64,000 nt of DNA from Podarcis vaucheri (Eukaryota), in NCBI GenBank assembly GCA_965113315.1, contig OZ220364.1; one strand, given 5' to 3'. Position numbers and translations under genes: made by a program. Position 1 is the first letter of the stretch. Each line of letters opens with the position of its first letter. The notes beneath the pieces were generated by a model. The model searched no databases and was not told where the DNA came from. It saw only the letters and a program-made list of their open reading frames with translations. Below are positions 1 to 12,209 of the stretch, one piece after another.

Positions 1-376
1 GGAAAATATAAGTATCAGTTTAGAATGGTTACAGAAGTTAAAAACAATTTCTTTTCCTTGAGGACGGGAAATGCTTCCTTCCTGATCTGGCCCATTGAAT
101 GCAGAAAACTGAGAGCACACCAGCCCTCTTCCAACCTGCCACACTATTACCACACACAGAAGTTATGGACATTCAAATAAAAGATCACAAAAATGTAGGA
201 TATAAGTTTTAAAATTATGAAAATGCATTATCATTGGAAACAATGATCCAAAATGCATATGTATTCATCTCTAGCTGCCAACCTCCTCCTCAATTAATGA
301 ACAATGAGATGTTCACAAACTTAGATATAAGATTCTCAGTTGCAAAAATAAGGGTGAGTACACAGCATCTTAAAGC

Positions 377-389
377 AAATAAATAAATA

Positions 390-437
<48 letters not shown>
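377..437. repeat. (AAAT)n-(AAT)n microsatellite
   Basis: Direct tandem repeats visible in the sequence. Confidence 0.95.
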
Positions 438-438
<1 letters not shown>

Positions 439-880
439 TGTCCTAAGTGGTATAACTTCCCATTAATATAATAATAGCCCATTGTGGCTTTGCTGGGCCA
501 GTTGTCCACACAAATTCCCCTCCTGATTTATTAAGATTTCCCCCCAGCAATTTTGGCATGCAATATGTCCAACAGCATGGCAATCCATCCACAGTTATAT
601 CCAAAACATCAAAAATCCTCTTCTTTATGTCATTAAGAAACAACTAGCAATAACTGTTTATTCTTGTGTTTTCAAATATTCATCTTTCTTAGCATTTTGG
701 AACTCTTGATGTGATGCATCTTTCCAGTGGAAAGTTATTGGTGATGACAGGACAATCCGGGAAACTGCATCTGCTCACCCAAAAAAATAAAAAAGTAACT
801 TTGTGCAGCTGAACATTAAATCTTTGATGAATTAGGCCCAGGGCTTTGGTGACGTCTGTGCTGAACCAATATGACAGTTT
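438..880 (-). mobile_element. Possible highly decayed non-LTR retrotransposon C-terminus (CCHC + restriction-like endonuclease; R2/R4/NeSL-type)
   Basis: The minus strand reads ..IKDLMFSCTKL..*ADAVSRIV.., resembling HxxxxC..RHDxV. It continues ..DIKKRIFDVLDITV..AIIILMGS, resembling the PD-(D/E)xK REL region. Stops and frameshifts are present. Confidence 0.35.
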
Positions 881-2824
881 TATATGGATTATGATTATTT
901 ATGTTTGTGAAAAATAGTGAGCGGGAGCCAGCAAGGCAGTGTCGAAGCTCTGGGACCACCAGCATCGGTGCTCCTCATGGAGGCTTTTTATATTAGTAGA
1001 ACAACATTATTCTGAAATTTGGAGCATGTGTAACCGTTTAATTTTCACTAACTGTAGTAGGGTGCTTCACTGAAAGCCTGGGGGTCATGACATGCTATTA
1101 GAGACGCCTGCTTTCACAACACACTCAAGTAGCACTGGCGTGCTGGGCTCACTACCCCTCCTTGCAAACCCCCATGTCAGATTTGGCCTCAAAGCATTCC
1201 ACACTGTTCCCTCACTTCAGCTTGAACTTAGCATATTTATAAAGCTTAAGCATACTTGTGAGCCTCAGAACACATCTCCCATCATACACTGCTGCCAACA
1301 TATAAATTGCAAGACTATACACAGAACAGGACGTGTCCTGTCTCTTCTCTGCCTATAAATATTAAGACCCATAAAGTCTCATTACAATGGTAGCTTTACA
1401 TGGGCTCTTCCAAGCAAGATGAAATCTGTTGAGTAAAAGTTTCAGACAACTCTGCTACAGTGTTTCTGATTCTGCTTAATACCAAGACGTACAAAGGGGC
1501 CATAAATATTTGAAACAGTGAAAGAAAAATGTCTTCTCCACAACTGTCCGGATTCAGTTTTAATATAACAAGGACAACCCCATTGTAATACTGGCATCCT
1601 AGACACTAGGCACACCAATACCAAAATGAATGAATGAAATAAATATATACATTTAAGTTGACACCAATAGGTTTTATCACACAGCAAATGTTTGAAATGG
1701 TCTCTACCTTCCATCTGTCTGCCCACTGTGTTCAACATCTGAGGACCTGCTTCAAGTTCAGGGCTGAGGCTAGCAAGAACATGAAAGCAGACCGTTTCAG
1801 TTGTCTCACCCGGGTGGTGGAAACTCTGCCTGAAGAGGTTGTTTTGATCCCCTTTCTCTCTCCCCCCCCCCATATACATTGCTAAGGCTCCCCTGCCCCA
1901 ACATTCCCCCTTCCAGCTGTGTTGTTTTTGTTTGCATGTGTTCACTCCTGTTTTCATGGCATTCAAAATCTGCCACCTGAGGTCTTTGCCTTAGAGACTG
2001 AGAGACTACTCCTTTTGAGATAAAACTGGGACTGCACACGCGAGGCACTGAGGACCATCATGACAATTATGGCTAAAGCAGTAAAGAAAGAGTTTTTGAA
2101 ACCAGTGGCATTTTAAAATAGCCTTTCGAACAAATATACAATTTGAGCATGGAGATGCAGGTAAGCACACTAACTGCTAGCCTTTAAAACTCCTGCCTCC
2201 CACAAGTTTTCCATGTCTGACCTGTTTTGTCTCTCTTATTGCCAATAGCCATCAGTCTTACTATTTCTCATGAAACAAATATATTGTAGATATAGTGTCC
2301 ATTGAGGATATATTTTACAGAATTAAATATAATACTAGTGAACCAGTAATATTTTCTCTTGACACATCCATGACACTAATCATACACAGTATTCAAAGTG
2401 TTTCACATACATTGTCTCAGTAACAATAAATACGCAAGATAACAGCTTCCCTAAGCCATCTAATGAGTTCACAGCTGAGTATGTGTGATTTGGACTAACT
2501 GGCTGATTCCTCTGTGCACTTAGCCACTGTGCTACATAAGCTCTGTCTAACCCTTTCCCCCCCTTTCTGTTGGCTCTTTTTTCCCTGGCAGGTCCCCTCT
2601 CTTGCAGCATAAGATTCTACAGAATTACCCAGGCCCACTACAGTCTTTTCTGCTTGAAGGACTAAGCCTCCGCTTCAGCTTCAAAGGATTTAATTTCCTC
2701 ATCTTCTTGGCTGAGCCTCTCTGGGATTTGGAGGTGGGCTGTTGTGAAATCACCACCTATATGTGAGCATGGCTATAAGACGTCTCTGATGCTGCTCACC
2801 CAGTCATGCCTTTGGTTCTCTACG

Positions 2825-3297
2825 CAGCTCACTTTTTGCTTGATTTGTTACGGGGCCAAGTTCAAGGAGTTACTACTAGTAATTAAAGCCCTTAACAGCT
2901 TGGGACTAGTTTACTTGAAGGATTGCCTCACCTCATATATGCCGACTCAGCCACTTACGGTATATCTGCAGAACTTGTAGAACTGGCACTGTTACAGATG
3001 CCATATTATACCCATTTTGCACTTGTAAGAAATCAATATTTGAGTGACAGCACCTACACTTTGACATCAGGCAGGTACCTTCACAGTACTCTTTTTGGTG
3101 CCTGCTAAAAACATGTTTGCTTAGACAAGTCTACACATATTTAGAATGCTGGTGTGTTTTTAGTTTATTGCTGGTTTTAATTTTTTAAATGTTTTATTTG
3201 TTTTTACTAATAATATTACTGTTTTGTAAACCACTTTGAGGTTTTCTACAATCAAGCAGTAAATAAATTTTATGAAGTAAAATAAGAAATAAATAAG
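2825..3297 (+). mobile_element. L2-type LINE 3' end
   Basis: ICYGAKFKELLLVIKALNSLGLVYLKDCLTSY matches the L2 ORF2 C-terminal motif (PIxFRxxFKxLxLxxKALNGLGPxYL). The tail is TGTAAACCACTTTGAG followed by (AAAT)n-like sequence. Confidence 0.75.
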
Positions 3298-4111
3298 CTT
3301 TGAGTTTGGGGGTTGGGTTTTTTATTTTTGCTCATCTAGGCATGTGGATGGAGAAAGGTAAGAACTAACTAGTCTCTGGGATGGATCAGATTGAAGCAGA
3401 TTTTATTAATGTTGATTCCTGGAATTCCTGCTTTCACTTCCGTGCACTGAAAATTTCTGTGTTTGTCAACTCCTACATTGGAAACTTGCTGAGCAATCTG
3501 GAAATGGGTAGGCAGTAAGTCTGATGAATATATTTAAAATCCATTCTTACTCACAATCCCAAGACATACATTACAGGCTCACTTGTTCTTTGGAAAGTAT
3601 GGACCAGGCAGGGTGTTCTGTTAAATAGGTTTGATGGTTGAGCAATGCAGTACATTTCCCTTTGCAAATTTAAACTCTAAATATCCATTTCCTCCAGAAA
3701 CTCAGTGACAGTATTTCCATAGGTACATTTTATTGAATTGTCCAGATGCTTGTAAAACAACCTGAAATATTTCATATTTTAGGGGGGGGGAGGAAGGGAA
3801 ACACACTAGAGCCCTAGAATGTTTCAAAAGCTGTTGGACCTGTAGTTCCCTGCATGCATCACCAATCTGGATCTTTTGTGAGACACCTGAAACACAGAGT
3901 ACAAGCTTCCCAATTAAGGGACCTCCTTTCAATGTGGCCTTTACATCATTCTCATTAACTTTTCATTTAAAAAGGTATTTCTAAGGTAGTGATTAAAAAA
4001 AACACAGGGAAAGAGAAGCAAAAGAAAGTGACAAACTTTTCGTCCATCAGCTCCTTTTGCTGTTGCCTGCAATGGCTTCCTTCCAAAGAAAGTTGTGTCA
4101 AGTGCAGAGAA

Positions 4112-4835
4112 TGTGATAGAATAAGAGGCTCTCCCCACCACCACCACCTTGGCTCCTTTCCTGATGACCTATCCACCCTTCCATCTTCAGAGGATGAAGC
4201 CAAAGATTTAGAAGAAGTATCAGACTGGCAAAGGGATTTCTCCCACAGAACCTGTCCCAGGCATCCCCATGGCCTTGGAAGAGAAGCCCATGTTACTATG
4301 ACTCTGACCTGAGGAGACTGCACCCATGTTCTCAGACTCCAATCCCAAAGCCGCAGCAGAACCACAGTCTCCATGCACTGGAGTTGATGGTTACCGAAGC
4401 AGGTTCTAACCCAGGCTTCCTCAACCTTGGCCCTCCAGATGTTTTTGGCCTACGACTCCCATGATCCCTAGCTAGCAGGACCAGTGGTCAGGGATGATGG
4501 GAACTGTAGTCTCAAAACATCTGGAGGGCCAAGGTTGAGAAGCCTGTTCTAACCCTTAATGGAACAGGCTTCTGCCTCTGCGGGTGGAGCTAGCCATACA
4601 TATGAAGCTGTGGCTCTATTTAAGACTCCATCTGAATCGGCTTGTGGTTGAAATAATATTTTAGTCTGCTTGTATCATATTGTACCAGAGGTATTCAGTG
4701 CCCTATCTGTTTTGCTTGGACTTGTCTCATTGGAACCTAACCTCAGCTTTCCTGACTTTGCTTTATTGGAATGTGGCTGCTACTTTACTTGAACTTGAAC
4801 TTACTTTATTTTGCAGTGCTAAAACCCAAGCATAC
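4112..4835 (+). mobile_element. Possible solo-LTR-like element interrupted by a hAT MITE
   Basis: Starts with TG, has an acidic SSEDE-coding segment and a TATTTAAG box, and is organised like 59124-59751. The right end and TSD are not resolved. Confidence 0.3.
4412..4546. mobile_element. hAT (Charlie-like) MITE, ~135 bp family
   Basis: TIRs CAGGCTTCCTCAACCTTGGCCCTCCAGATGTTT / AAACATCTGGAGGGCCAAGGTTGAGAAGCCTG. Perfect 8-bp TSD TTCTAACC. A second copy lies at 38214. Confidence 0.9.
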
Positions 4836-5108
4836 ACCTAGCATACATGCATTTGTTTCTGGGCACTGCCTGAGCAAAGGTAGCTACCTTTTTCTTTAGC
4901 TCTGGGGCCACATCCAGGTTTGGCCAATTCTCCAGCGGCAACATTGCCAGTGTCTTCTTTTATTTTGCTTTTTATTTTTTTATTCTGCTTTTGCAAATCA
5001 GTAAGGGGGGGCACATCAGTCCAGCAGTTAGCCATGCTTGGGCTTGGCAGTCCCCAAAATTTTTATCACTGTTCAGCAGGATGCTATGCTTCTAATTTTA
5101 AGAGATAA

Positions 5109-5199
5109 AGTTTACAATGCTATGCACACTTACACGGTAGTAAGCCCCACAGAATTCAGTGAGATTTAATTACGGGTAAGCATGCAAAGGATTCTCCTG
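5109..5199. mobile_element. Short palindromic Harbinger-like MITE (decayed)
   Basis: Same family as 50341-50429, flanked by TAA. Confidence 0.5.
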
Positions 5200-7072
5200 T
5201 AAGGAATTCTGGTCACATGAAAACTTTCATTTCTGGCTACAAACACAAAATGCTCACAGTGGGGCTACGACACTGCTTTCAGAAGACAACTTCAGAAGAG
5301 TCAAATTGACTCCAGGCTTTTTGTAGGAATCAGTCAAAATCATGAGACAAAGTCAAAGTTAAGTCCTATAGTTGATTTCATTGGAATAATATGCATGCGT
5401 TTAAATATTTTCCACTGAAATTAGTGGGACTTAGGTGATTTACTTTGGCTGGATCATGCATATGCTTTTTCAAGCCCCTTTATCTTTCCAACTCCTTTCG
5501 CTGGATGGAAACAAACACAGTGTAAGTCTAGATGTCTCATTCATCCACTTGTCTCCCATTTTTTCCTGTTTGTCTTAGCAAAGATTCAAGGGGAAGTAAA
5601 TGCATCCCCTACTATTGCATGGTGAGTGGCTATTGAGTAATCAAGGCTTGCCATAAAACCTTGAAAACCAGCAGAGAAAAACCAGGAGGGAGAGAGAAAG
5701 GAAGGAAAAGGGAGCCACATAGATGAAACTTATCGCATTCTTTGCATGTTTATTGTGGTATGTTTGTGTTCCTGGGATTCTGCTTGCAAGAATGTTGCTG
5801 ATAAAAAAACATGGGTATTTATGCTTGTTAGCTGTTGTTTACAGTGTAGTAGACAGTAAGGGTACTTCCAGATTCTCTAAGGAGTTGAAAGACAGGCAGG
5901 GCCAGATGTACTTTCCCCTGCTGACAATGATTCTCAGAAAGTTGACTAGTTGCCACAACTGATATTGGTGGATATGTGCAGAGAAGACAGGGGTGGGAAA
6001 TCAACATTTTGGAAGTTGAACTTTTTTTATTGCCTAGAATAACAAAGTAATGAATTTATCCTTGTGAAAAACATTCCTGGAGTGCGGAATTGGGGTTATC
6101 TGTTTTTCTCCATAGATAATATTAAAGTTTGGAAGGTTCTGTTCACTAAACTCCCCAGTGCTTCCTCCATTAAGCAACAAGGCTGCTTCATTATGTGGAG
6201 GTTATAGTCCATTTTTCCCATCAAGTTGCAAATTCTTTATGTGCCCTAGAGAGGTGGCCTGCCCACCTCTCTAACCACTGCCAAAGAACAAGCAGCATGG
6301 GATGATTTCTTGAAAGCAGGGGAGAAGGGACTGTTGAAAAAACTCCCTGACAGACTAGAAGCAGAGGAGTTGTTATCCTTCCTCCCACCTACAGTAACTC
6401 TCCAGGCCTTTCATGACTTACCTGCCTTGCACTTCCAGCTGCCCTGGATGCTCCATAACTAAAATGATCATCAACTATTGCTCTCTGGAAGTGTCACAAC
6501 AGATGGAATGCTGTTACAACAGGTATTGAATTCCACAACAAACAAATACAATCGATGTGAGTCACAGCTTCAAAGGGGTATAATTATGTAAGATAGTTGT
6601 TGTCATTTTAGCCCCAGGTAATCCAAAATTAACAAGAAGCAAGGTGATATCATACAATGGATGAACATCTATTAGACAAGAAATACTCCAGTCTTGGGCA
6701 GCTTCCAGATAGCGGTCTTATATTGCACGCAAGGCATTCATAGCTGAGTTTGTCACATTAGCTTCTACACAGTCCAAGTCCCCCCCCCCCCAGTTATTGC
6801 TATTCATTGCTATTCCTACACTTGCCATCCACAGTAGCAATTTAACTTTAAAGCCCCTCCCTTCAATCACTAACCACTACCATCCACTACCTTTTTTCTG
6901 TTCTGGGTACATGTATTCATTACTGTACCTTTGCACATGCACCTTTAACAAAAAAAAAATCCGCACAAAGGCAAAAAAAAGCGCACAAAGGCAAATATTA
7001 ACAGCATTAGGTATCCTGTTTCATAACAGGCAAAATGTGGGTTGTGCTTTGACGGCGAGGGGCAATCTCTCT

Positions 7073-7075
<3 letters not shown>

Positions 7076-7107
<32 letters not shown>
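7076..7107. repeat. (CA)n microsatellite
   Basis: Direct. Confidence 0.95.
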
Positions 7108-7110
<3 letters not shown>

Positions 7111-7360
7111 CTAGCAAAAGGGTAATATTTATCTGACAAAGGCTTGAACAAGAGTGAGAAAGAATACTTGTGCAAGACCTCTGTGTGACATTATTATTAT
7201 TATTATTAGCTTTATTAGCTTTATTATTGACTTTGAAGTAGTCCCCCACATGTACAGACTGACTCTTTTGACAGAACAGTTCCTCCTAATCTAATTTTTG
7301 AAATGCAAACATGCCTTCAGCACATGGCAATTGGTGAAAAGGGTAAATTTATATTGTTTG

Positions 7361-7534
7361 CAGAGGCAGATTTAGGGGAGTCAACTGCTTCGGTCACACT
7401 GGGCTCAGAGCCTCAGAGACATCACAGGGGATGCCACAATTGTGATGCAGAATGGAAGGTGAGACTTGGGAGGTGCCGAATTTTGGTGTTACACAGAGCG
7501 CTGCTGAAATTTGAGACCCCAGGGTCCACCACTG
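7361..7534. mobile_element. Old hAT(Tip100)-like MITE
   Basis: Degenerate TIRs CAGAGGCAGATTTAGGGG / CCCCAGGGTCCACCACTG. A homologous inverted copy lies at ~38935-39045. Confidence 0.5.
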
Positions 7535-10430
7535 TTTTTTGGACTGTGGGAAACAAAGTGGTTCTGTTCGGCTCAGTTGTCTCTCAAGCATATACATATA
7601 CAGCTCATCATCCCTATAATACAACTCAGTCAGACAGAAATGCAAGGAGCTTAAAAATAAAGGGAACTAAGTAAAGCTAAAGGACACCAAACAGTCTTCC
7701 TATTTTTCAAAACAGATACAGAAGAGATGTTTTTCCAAGTTTGTACTGGACCAAGAGAAATGTACTTTGGGCACCACATGCACAAACAACGACACAAGTC
7801 AAGCCTTGCTCACAACACATGTAAAACTATGTTTGCACCAGACCACAGTCACTTGGAAGGTTATGTGTGTATGAATCCGTCACCTTTTGATACCAGTCCG
7901 TTCATAACCGTCAATAGCTCTTATAAAAAAGAAAATGAGGGTAATTCAGCCTAGAGCTTCCTATCTCTAAGGATTCTAGGAAGCTTCCTAAGTGTCCAGC
8001 CATTCCTTTTGTAATTGCCTCTGCTTCCTGGCTTGTTTTGCTAGGGTTTCTTTTTTCTTTTTCGTTTTTACTACAACAAAATTATTTTTTAGAGAGGGGG
8101 AGGAAAGGGGGGAAAAAACATGGCAGAGACTTGAAACGGAAAATTAAATGCAAATAACTCCTACACCAGGCCAGAAGAAGAGGAAGAAACAAAAGCCACA
8201 ATGACAAACCTGATTAATAAAATAATGAAAAATATTCAGAAAGCACCAGAAAGTCCAGGAATAGAGACTTTACTTAGGTTGAGCGAAGGACAGGTTACCC
8301 ATATTCTCCTAGGGGACCTACACGGTTGTTTTTTCCTGGGAGCACCTTATGTACCAACCAGGTGAAAAGCATCCACCTCTGGCTGTGTAGTCCTTTTTCC
8401 AAAGCATACGAAGACTCCACAACCAGTACAACCAGACTAAATAACAAACCATGGCCCTCTTTGGCCTAAAGTATCACATCACAATATTTTAGCAGCTGGG
8501 ACTTCCTTCGAGAAGAAAATCTCATTCTTCTATACTTGAATGTCTGAACTATATTCAGTACACAACCTTAGATGGACAGCACATGCCTGAGCCTGTCATC
8601 CTGCCATGCAATAGTGACCAGGACACTGAGTCAGAAGCTATCAGCTGGCTCTGAGCCAAATTCTGGTGATCAGGGGACCACTGAACGTGAGGCTGGCAGG
8701 CAGGAGTCTGCAGAACCAATGCAACAGCATCAGGGCACATAGAAACGAAGTCAGGACCTTCACAGCCGCCTTCCCCATGGCCTGAGGAATCAAGTGTTTC
8801 ACAAATGCCTCCAATACTAGCACAGTGTTTCAGATGGAAGGCCAACACAGTGCCAGAGGGTTGGCTCTTGTTCTCCAAACTAGGGCAGAGTCTAAGAGTG
8901 CTGGAGGCAGAGGCGCAAAAGGCCTCAGTCTAGTCTCAGCCCTTGTTGGAGACTAAGAGCTCTCCATGGTGCTGTGACAACCAACCTGCTTTGTCCTGTA
9001 GGCTCAGGGAAGTAGCCTTGCTGCCCAGGACTGGAGATTATGGTCTTATTCATGAACTGAATTAGGGATAAATCAGACACAGTGGTAAAAAAGGCAAGGA
9101 AAATTCAACCTAGAAATTAGCATTTGAACCAATCTCAGATGGCCAAATGGGTTATGAGGAAAATGTGGCAGAAACTCCTTCTATCAGAGCACTGCTCATG
9201 AGGACCAAAACAATTGAACAGTTGATCTAGCCATCTTGTTTCCATTGTACAAGACTGCAATGCAATCCATTCCTGTATTTCTTGCTCAGGGCAATAAGCA
9301 TGCTTTATGCAGTGCTCAGCACACCATTGGTGCTAAACATATAAATAAAAACAGACTCGTAATGACAGCTGATAAAGATCCATCCCCTAGGGCACATGTA
9401 CACATGGACATGTTTGCTTTTTTGCATCAATGACTTAGTAAATCATTTCAATACTTTGAAGGTTCAGTGGAAACAGCCTGTTACTGTGCTGTTGATAAAC
9501 TAGGATACACAACAGACCAGTGCCAAGGCAGCTACTTTCGTGTTTCATACATATATGCAGAGGAACTTTATTTGTTATTGTCACCTCACATGGTCTTTAT
9601 AGCTCAAATGAACATATACTACCATTTTATTCCCACATCTGCACCTGATGCAATATGAAATTATTCCTGCTACTTGGCAGAACAGTAGAGAGAATGGACA
9701 CAAATGACCAAACTACCCTGGGAAGTACTCTCTAAGTGGCAATGTGTGGTAGAATGATTGCCTCTATCTAACCAGACAACTGGCTCATCAAGGACTGGAA
9801 AGAAAGCTGTGGAGAGCAAGGATAACAATACACATGCCCTGATTGCAGAAAATTGGGGAAAGGGGTAGACATCTCCTTCCTATCAGAAGGATGGGACTAG
9901 AGTTCCACTATATAGTTCCATTTCATCATGTTTTACTTTTATTGCAATGACTGGGCCTCTGTTTAATATAACTATAGCTATCTTTCAATTCTTCTAAGAG
10001 GCATGAGTGAAATATAAGACCAACTGATTAGGTCCTTTCTCTCCTTGATTTTCTTCTTCTCAATTATTGTGTACATGACTGTATTTCCTTTTTTAAACAA
10101 AATATAGAGTGAATAGACCCAGAAAACAGTGTCCTTTGGATGCGGTTTGATGGACTTTGTCAGATCTGAGTGTGTCTTCTGAAGTCTCTACATGTCCTGT
10201 GCCAGGCCTGCTACAAAATTATAAGGACTTTCAAGTCATCCCACTCAGCCAAGGCTCTGATTGAGGTTCATTATCCATCTCATATGTTCACACTAGTCTT
10301 GTAGAAGTGACAGCTAGTAGATGACATGGGGCAGATTTCTCAAAAACATTTCTAGAAATGGAGCTAGCTATAAAATATTTTTAAAATGGAGACAAATCAT
10401 AGACAGGAAGTGATCTAGATGGGTCTAGAA

Positions 10431-11343
10431 CAGTGGTTCCAAATGGTGGCCCATGGACCCCAGGGGGTCCACAGCACCATTCACGTAACAAAAACTACAA
10501 TAGAGATATCAACATTTTCAAAAGTAGGGGTTCATGGCTTGGCTTTTGAAAAACAGGGGGTCCACAGTACCTAGCTAATTGGGTCCACCATAACCAGCAA
10601 TCTCTCCATCAATGCTGCGCTGGCAAGGCAGCTACAGCAATGGCTTGCCTCTCCAAAAGGGTATAGGAGAATGTGATGCTAACATCCAATACCAAAATGA
10701 AGGTCTACCAGGCTTGAGTGTTGAGCATGCTGCTTTATGGAAGTGAGTTGTGGGCAACTTACAACTGTCAAGAGTGACACCTCAATGCCTTCCACATGCA
10801 CTGTGTCAGGAAGATTTTGGATATTACACGGCAGGACAGAATTTCAAACAAAGATGTGCTCCCCCAAGCCCATATTCCCTGGATGTTCACACTCCTGTCT
10901 CAGAAACGTCTATACTGGCTTGGTCATGTCCACAGAATGGAAGATGGCAGGATCCTCAAGGACATGCTCTACAGGGAACTGGCTTCAGACATCAGGCCTA
11001 TTGACAGACCAACTCTGCATTACAAAGATGTCTGCAAACGTGACATGAAGGCTCACAACATCAACCCTGCCATGTGGGAATCCCTTGCAGACAACCGCAG
11101 TGCCTGGAGACATAGCAGTGACCAGAGGAAAAATGACCACTGGGAGGAGTGCAGAGAGAACAAATGTAATGGTGCGTCTGCACCAGCACAGCTGGACACC
11201 TTCATCTGCCCCAGATGCAACAAAACACATCTCTCCCACATCGGTCCCTACAGTCACAGCAGGCACTGCAACCTTCCAACAGCTTCACCTCACCCCAAAG
11301 GTGCACTCCTCCATTGTCTCCAGTGACAGACAGGTGCCAACAG
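10431..11343. mobile_element. hAT Charlie-like MITE whose right end is split by an RTE LINE
   Basis: Left TIR CAGTGGTTCCAAA follows GTCTAGAA (10423-10430). The matching TTCTAGAA lies at 11344-11351, just after the RTE 3' end. Confidence 0.6.
10581..11340 (+). mobile_element. 5'-truncated RTE-clade LINE (RT thumb to C-terminal zinc finger), inactivated
   Basis: Motifs GSTITSNLS, TKMKVYQA, LLYGSELW, RLYWLGHVHRMEDGR and YKDVCKRDMK, plus a C-terminal CPRC..HSRHC finger. ORF 10796-11326 is part of it; in-frame stops lie upstream. Confidence 0.92.
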
Positions 11344-11586
11344 TTCTAGAACACTTCCAAGCAACTTCCAAAACTGAAAATTATTTTTTCTTTTAATAAG
11401 ACATCCTTGGCTTTGCGATCTAGATGGAAAATTATTATTCCACTTAATATTAGAGAAACCCTTCTGAGTTTTCTCAAATGTTTGAATCAGCCAAATTTAT
11501 TTTGGTAGCGTGAGGTGGAGGTGAGGTATATTCCTAACCAAATTTCCTATTGTCTATTTCTACCATAAGGTGTAAGCAGGAAGCAT

Positions 11587-12209
11587 GGTTTGTGTCCAGT
11601 GGTGGCAACAGGCAAGTGGAAGCACTTCAGCTCACAAAAGGCACAGCACCCCATTTTCACTGATTCCCCCCAACCCACTGCAGCCCTTGCTCCACGTCCT
11701 ATAGGACATGCCACAAACTCAGAAGCAGCTTTTCAAGGTGACTGTGCGAGTTGTAGCAGATAGGGAGAATTAGTGAAAATCAAGTGTCTTGAATGGGACG
11801 CGGGTGGCGCTGTGGGCTAAAGCCTCAGCGTCTAGGGCTTGCCGATCGAAAGGTCGGCGGTTCGAATCCCCGCGGCGGGGTGCGCTCCCGCTGCTCGGTC
11901 CCAGCGCCTGCCCACCTAGCAGTTCGAAAGCACCCCCGGGGGCAAGTAGATAAATAGGTACCGCTTACCAGCGGGAAGGTAAACGGCGTTCCGTGTGCGG
12001 CTCTGGCTCGCCAGAGCAGCGTTGTCACGCTGGCCACGTGACCCGGAAGTGTCTGCGGACAGCGCTGGCCCCCGGCCAATAGATGTGAGATGGGCGCACA
12101 AACCCCAGAGTCTGTCAAGACTGGCCCGTTCGGGCAGGGGTACCTTTACCTTTACCTTTAAGTGTCTTGAATGAGCAGAAGTGGCTAATCCAACCACTGG
12201 ATACAACCC
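11587..12209. mobile_element. Palindromic MITE interrupted by a Sauria SINE
   Basis: Inverted ends GGTTTGTGTCCAGTGGT / ACCACTGGATACAACC and internal inverted pair ATTTTCACTGATTC / GAATTAGTGAAAAT. Confidence 0.55.
11795..12159 (+). mobile_element. Sauria SINE (Squam1), full length, young
   Basis: tRNA-derived head with A box (TGGCGCTGTGGG) and B box (GGTTCGAATCC), and an (ACCTTT)n tail. TSD AAGTGTCTTGAAT(G) at 11782 and 12160. CpGs are intact. Confidence 0.95.

Noticed and set aside
377-437. (AAT)n as the R4/Dong target or tail of the adjacent putative REL element
   Set aside because: The repeat reads (ATT)n on the element's sense strand and abuts coding-like sequence with no 3' UTR, so the link is unsupported.
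1442-1966. 174-aa ORF and the many other 60-150 aa ORFs in the track
   Set aside because: No recognisable domains. Many start at non-ATG codons, cross homopolymers or microsatellites, and show no splice-consistent chain, as expected by chance.
11795-12159. CpG-island-like or tRNA-like GC-rich segment
   Set aside because: Fully explained by a young Sauria SINE with TSD and tail; it is neither a promoter island nor a tRNA gene.
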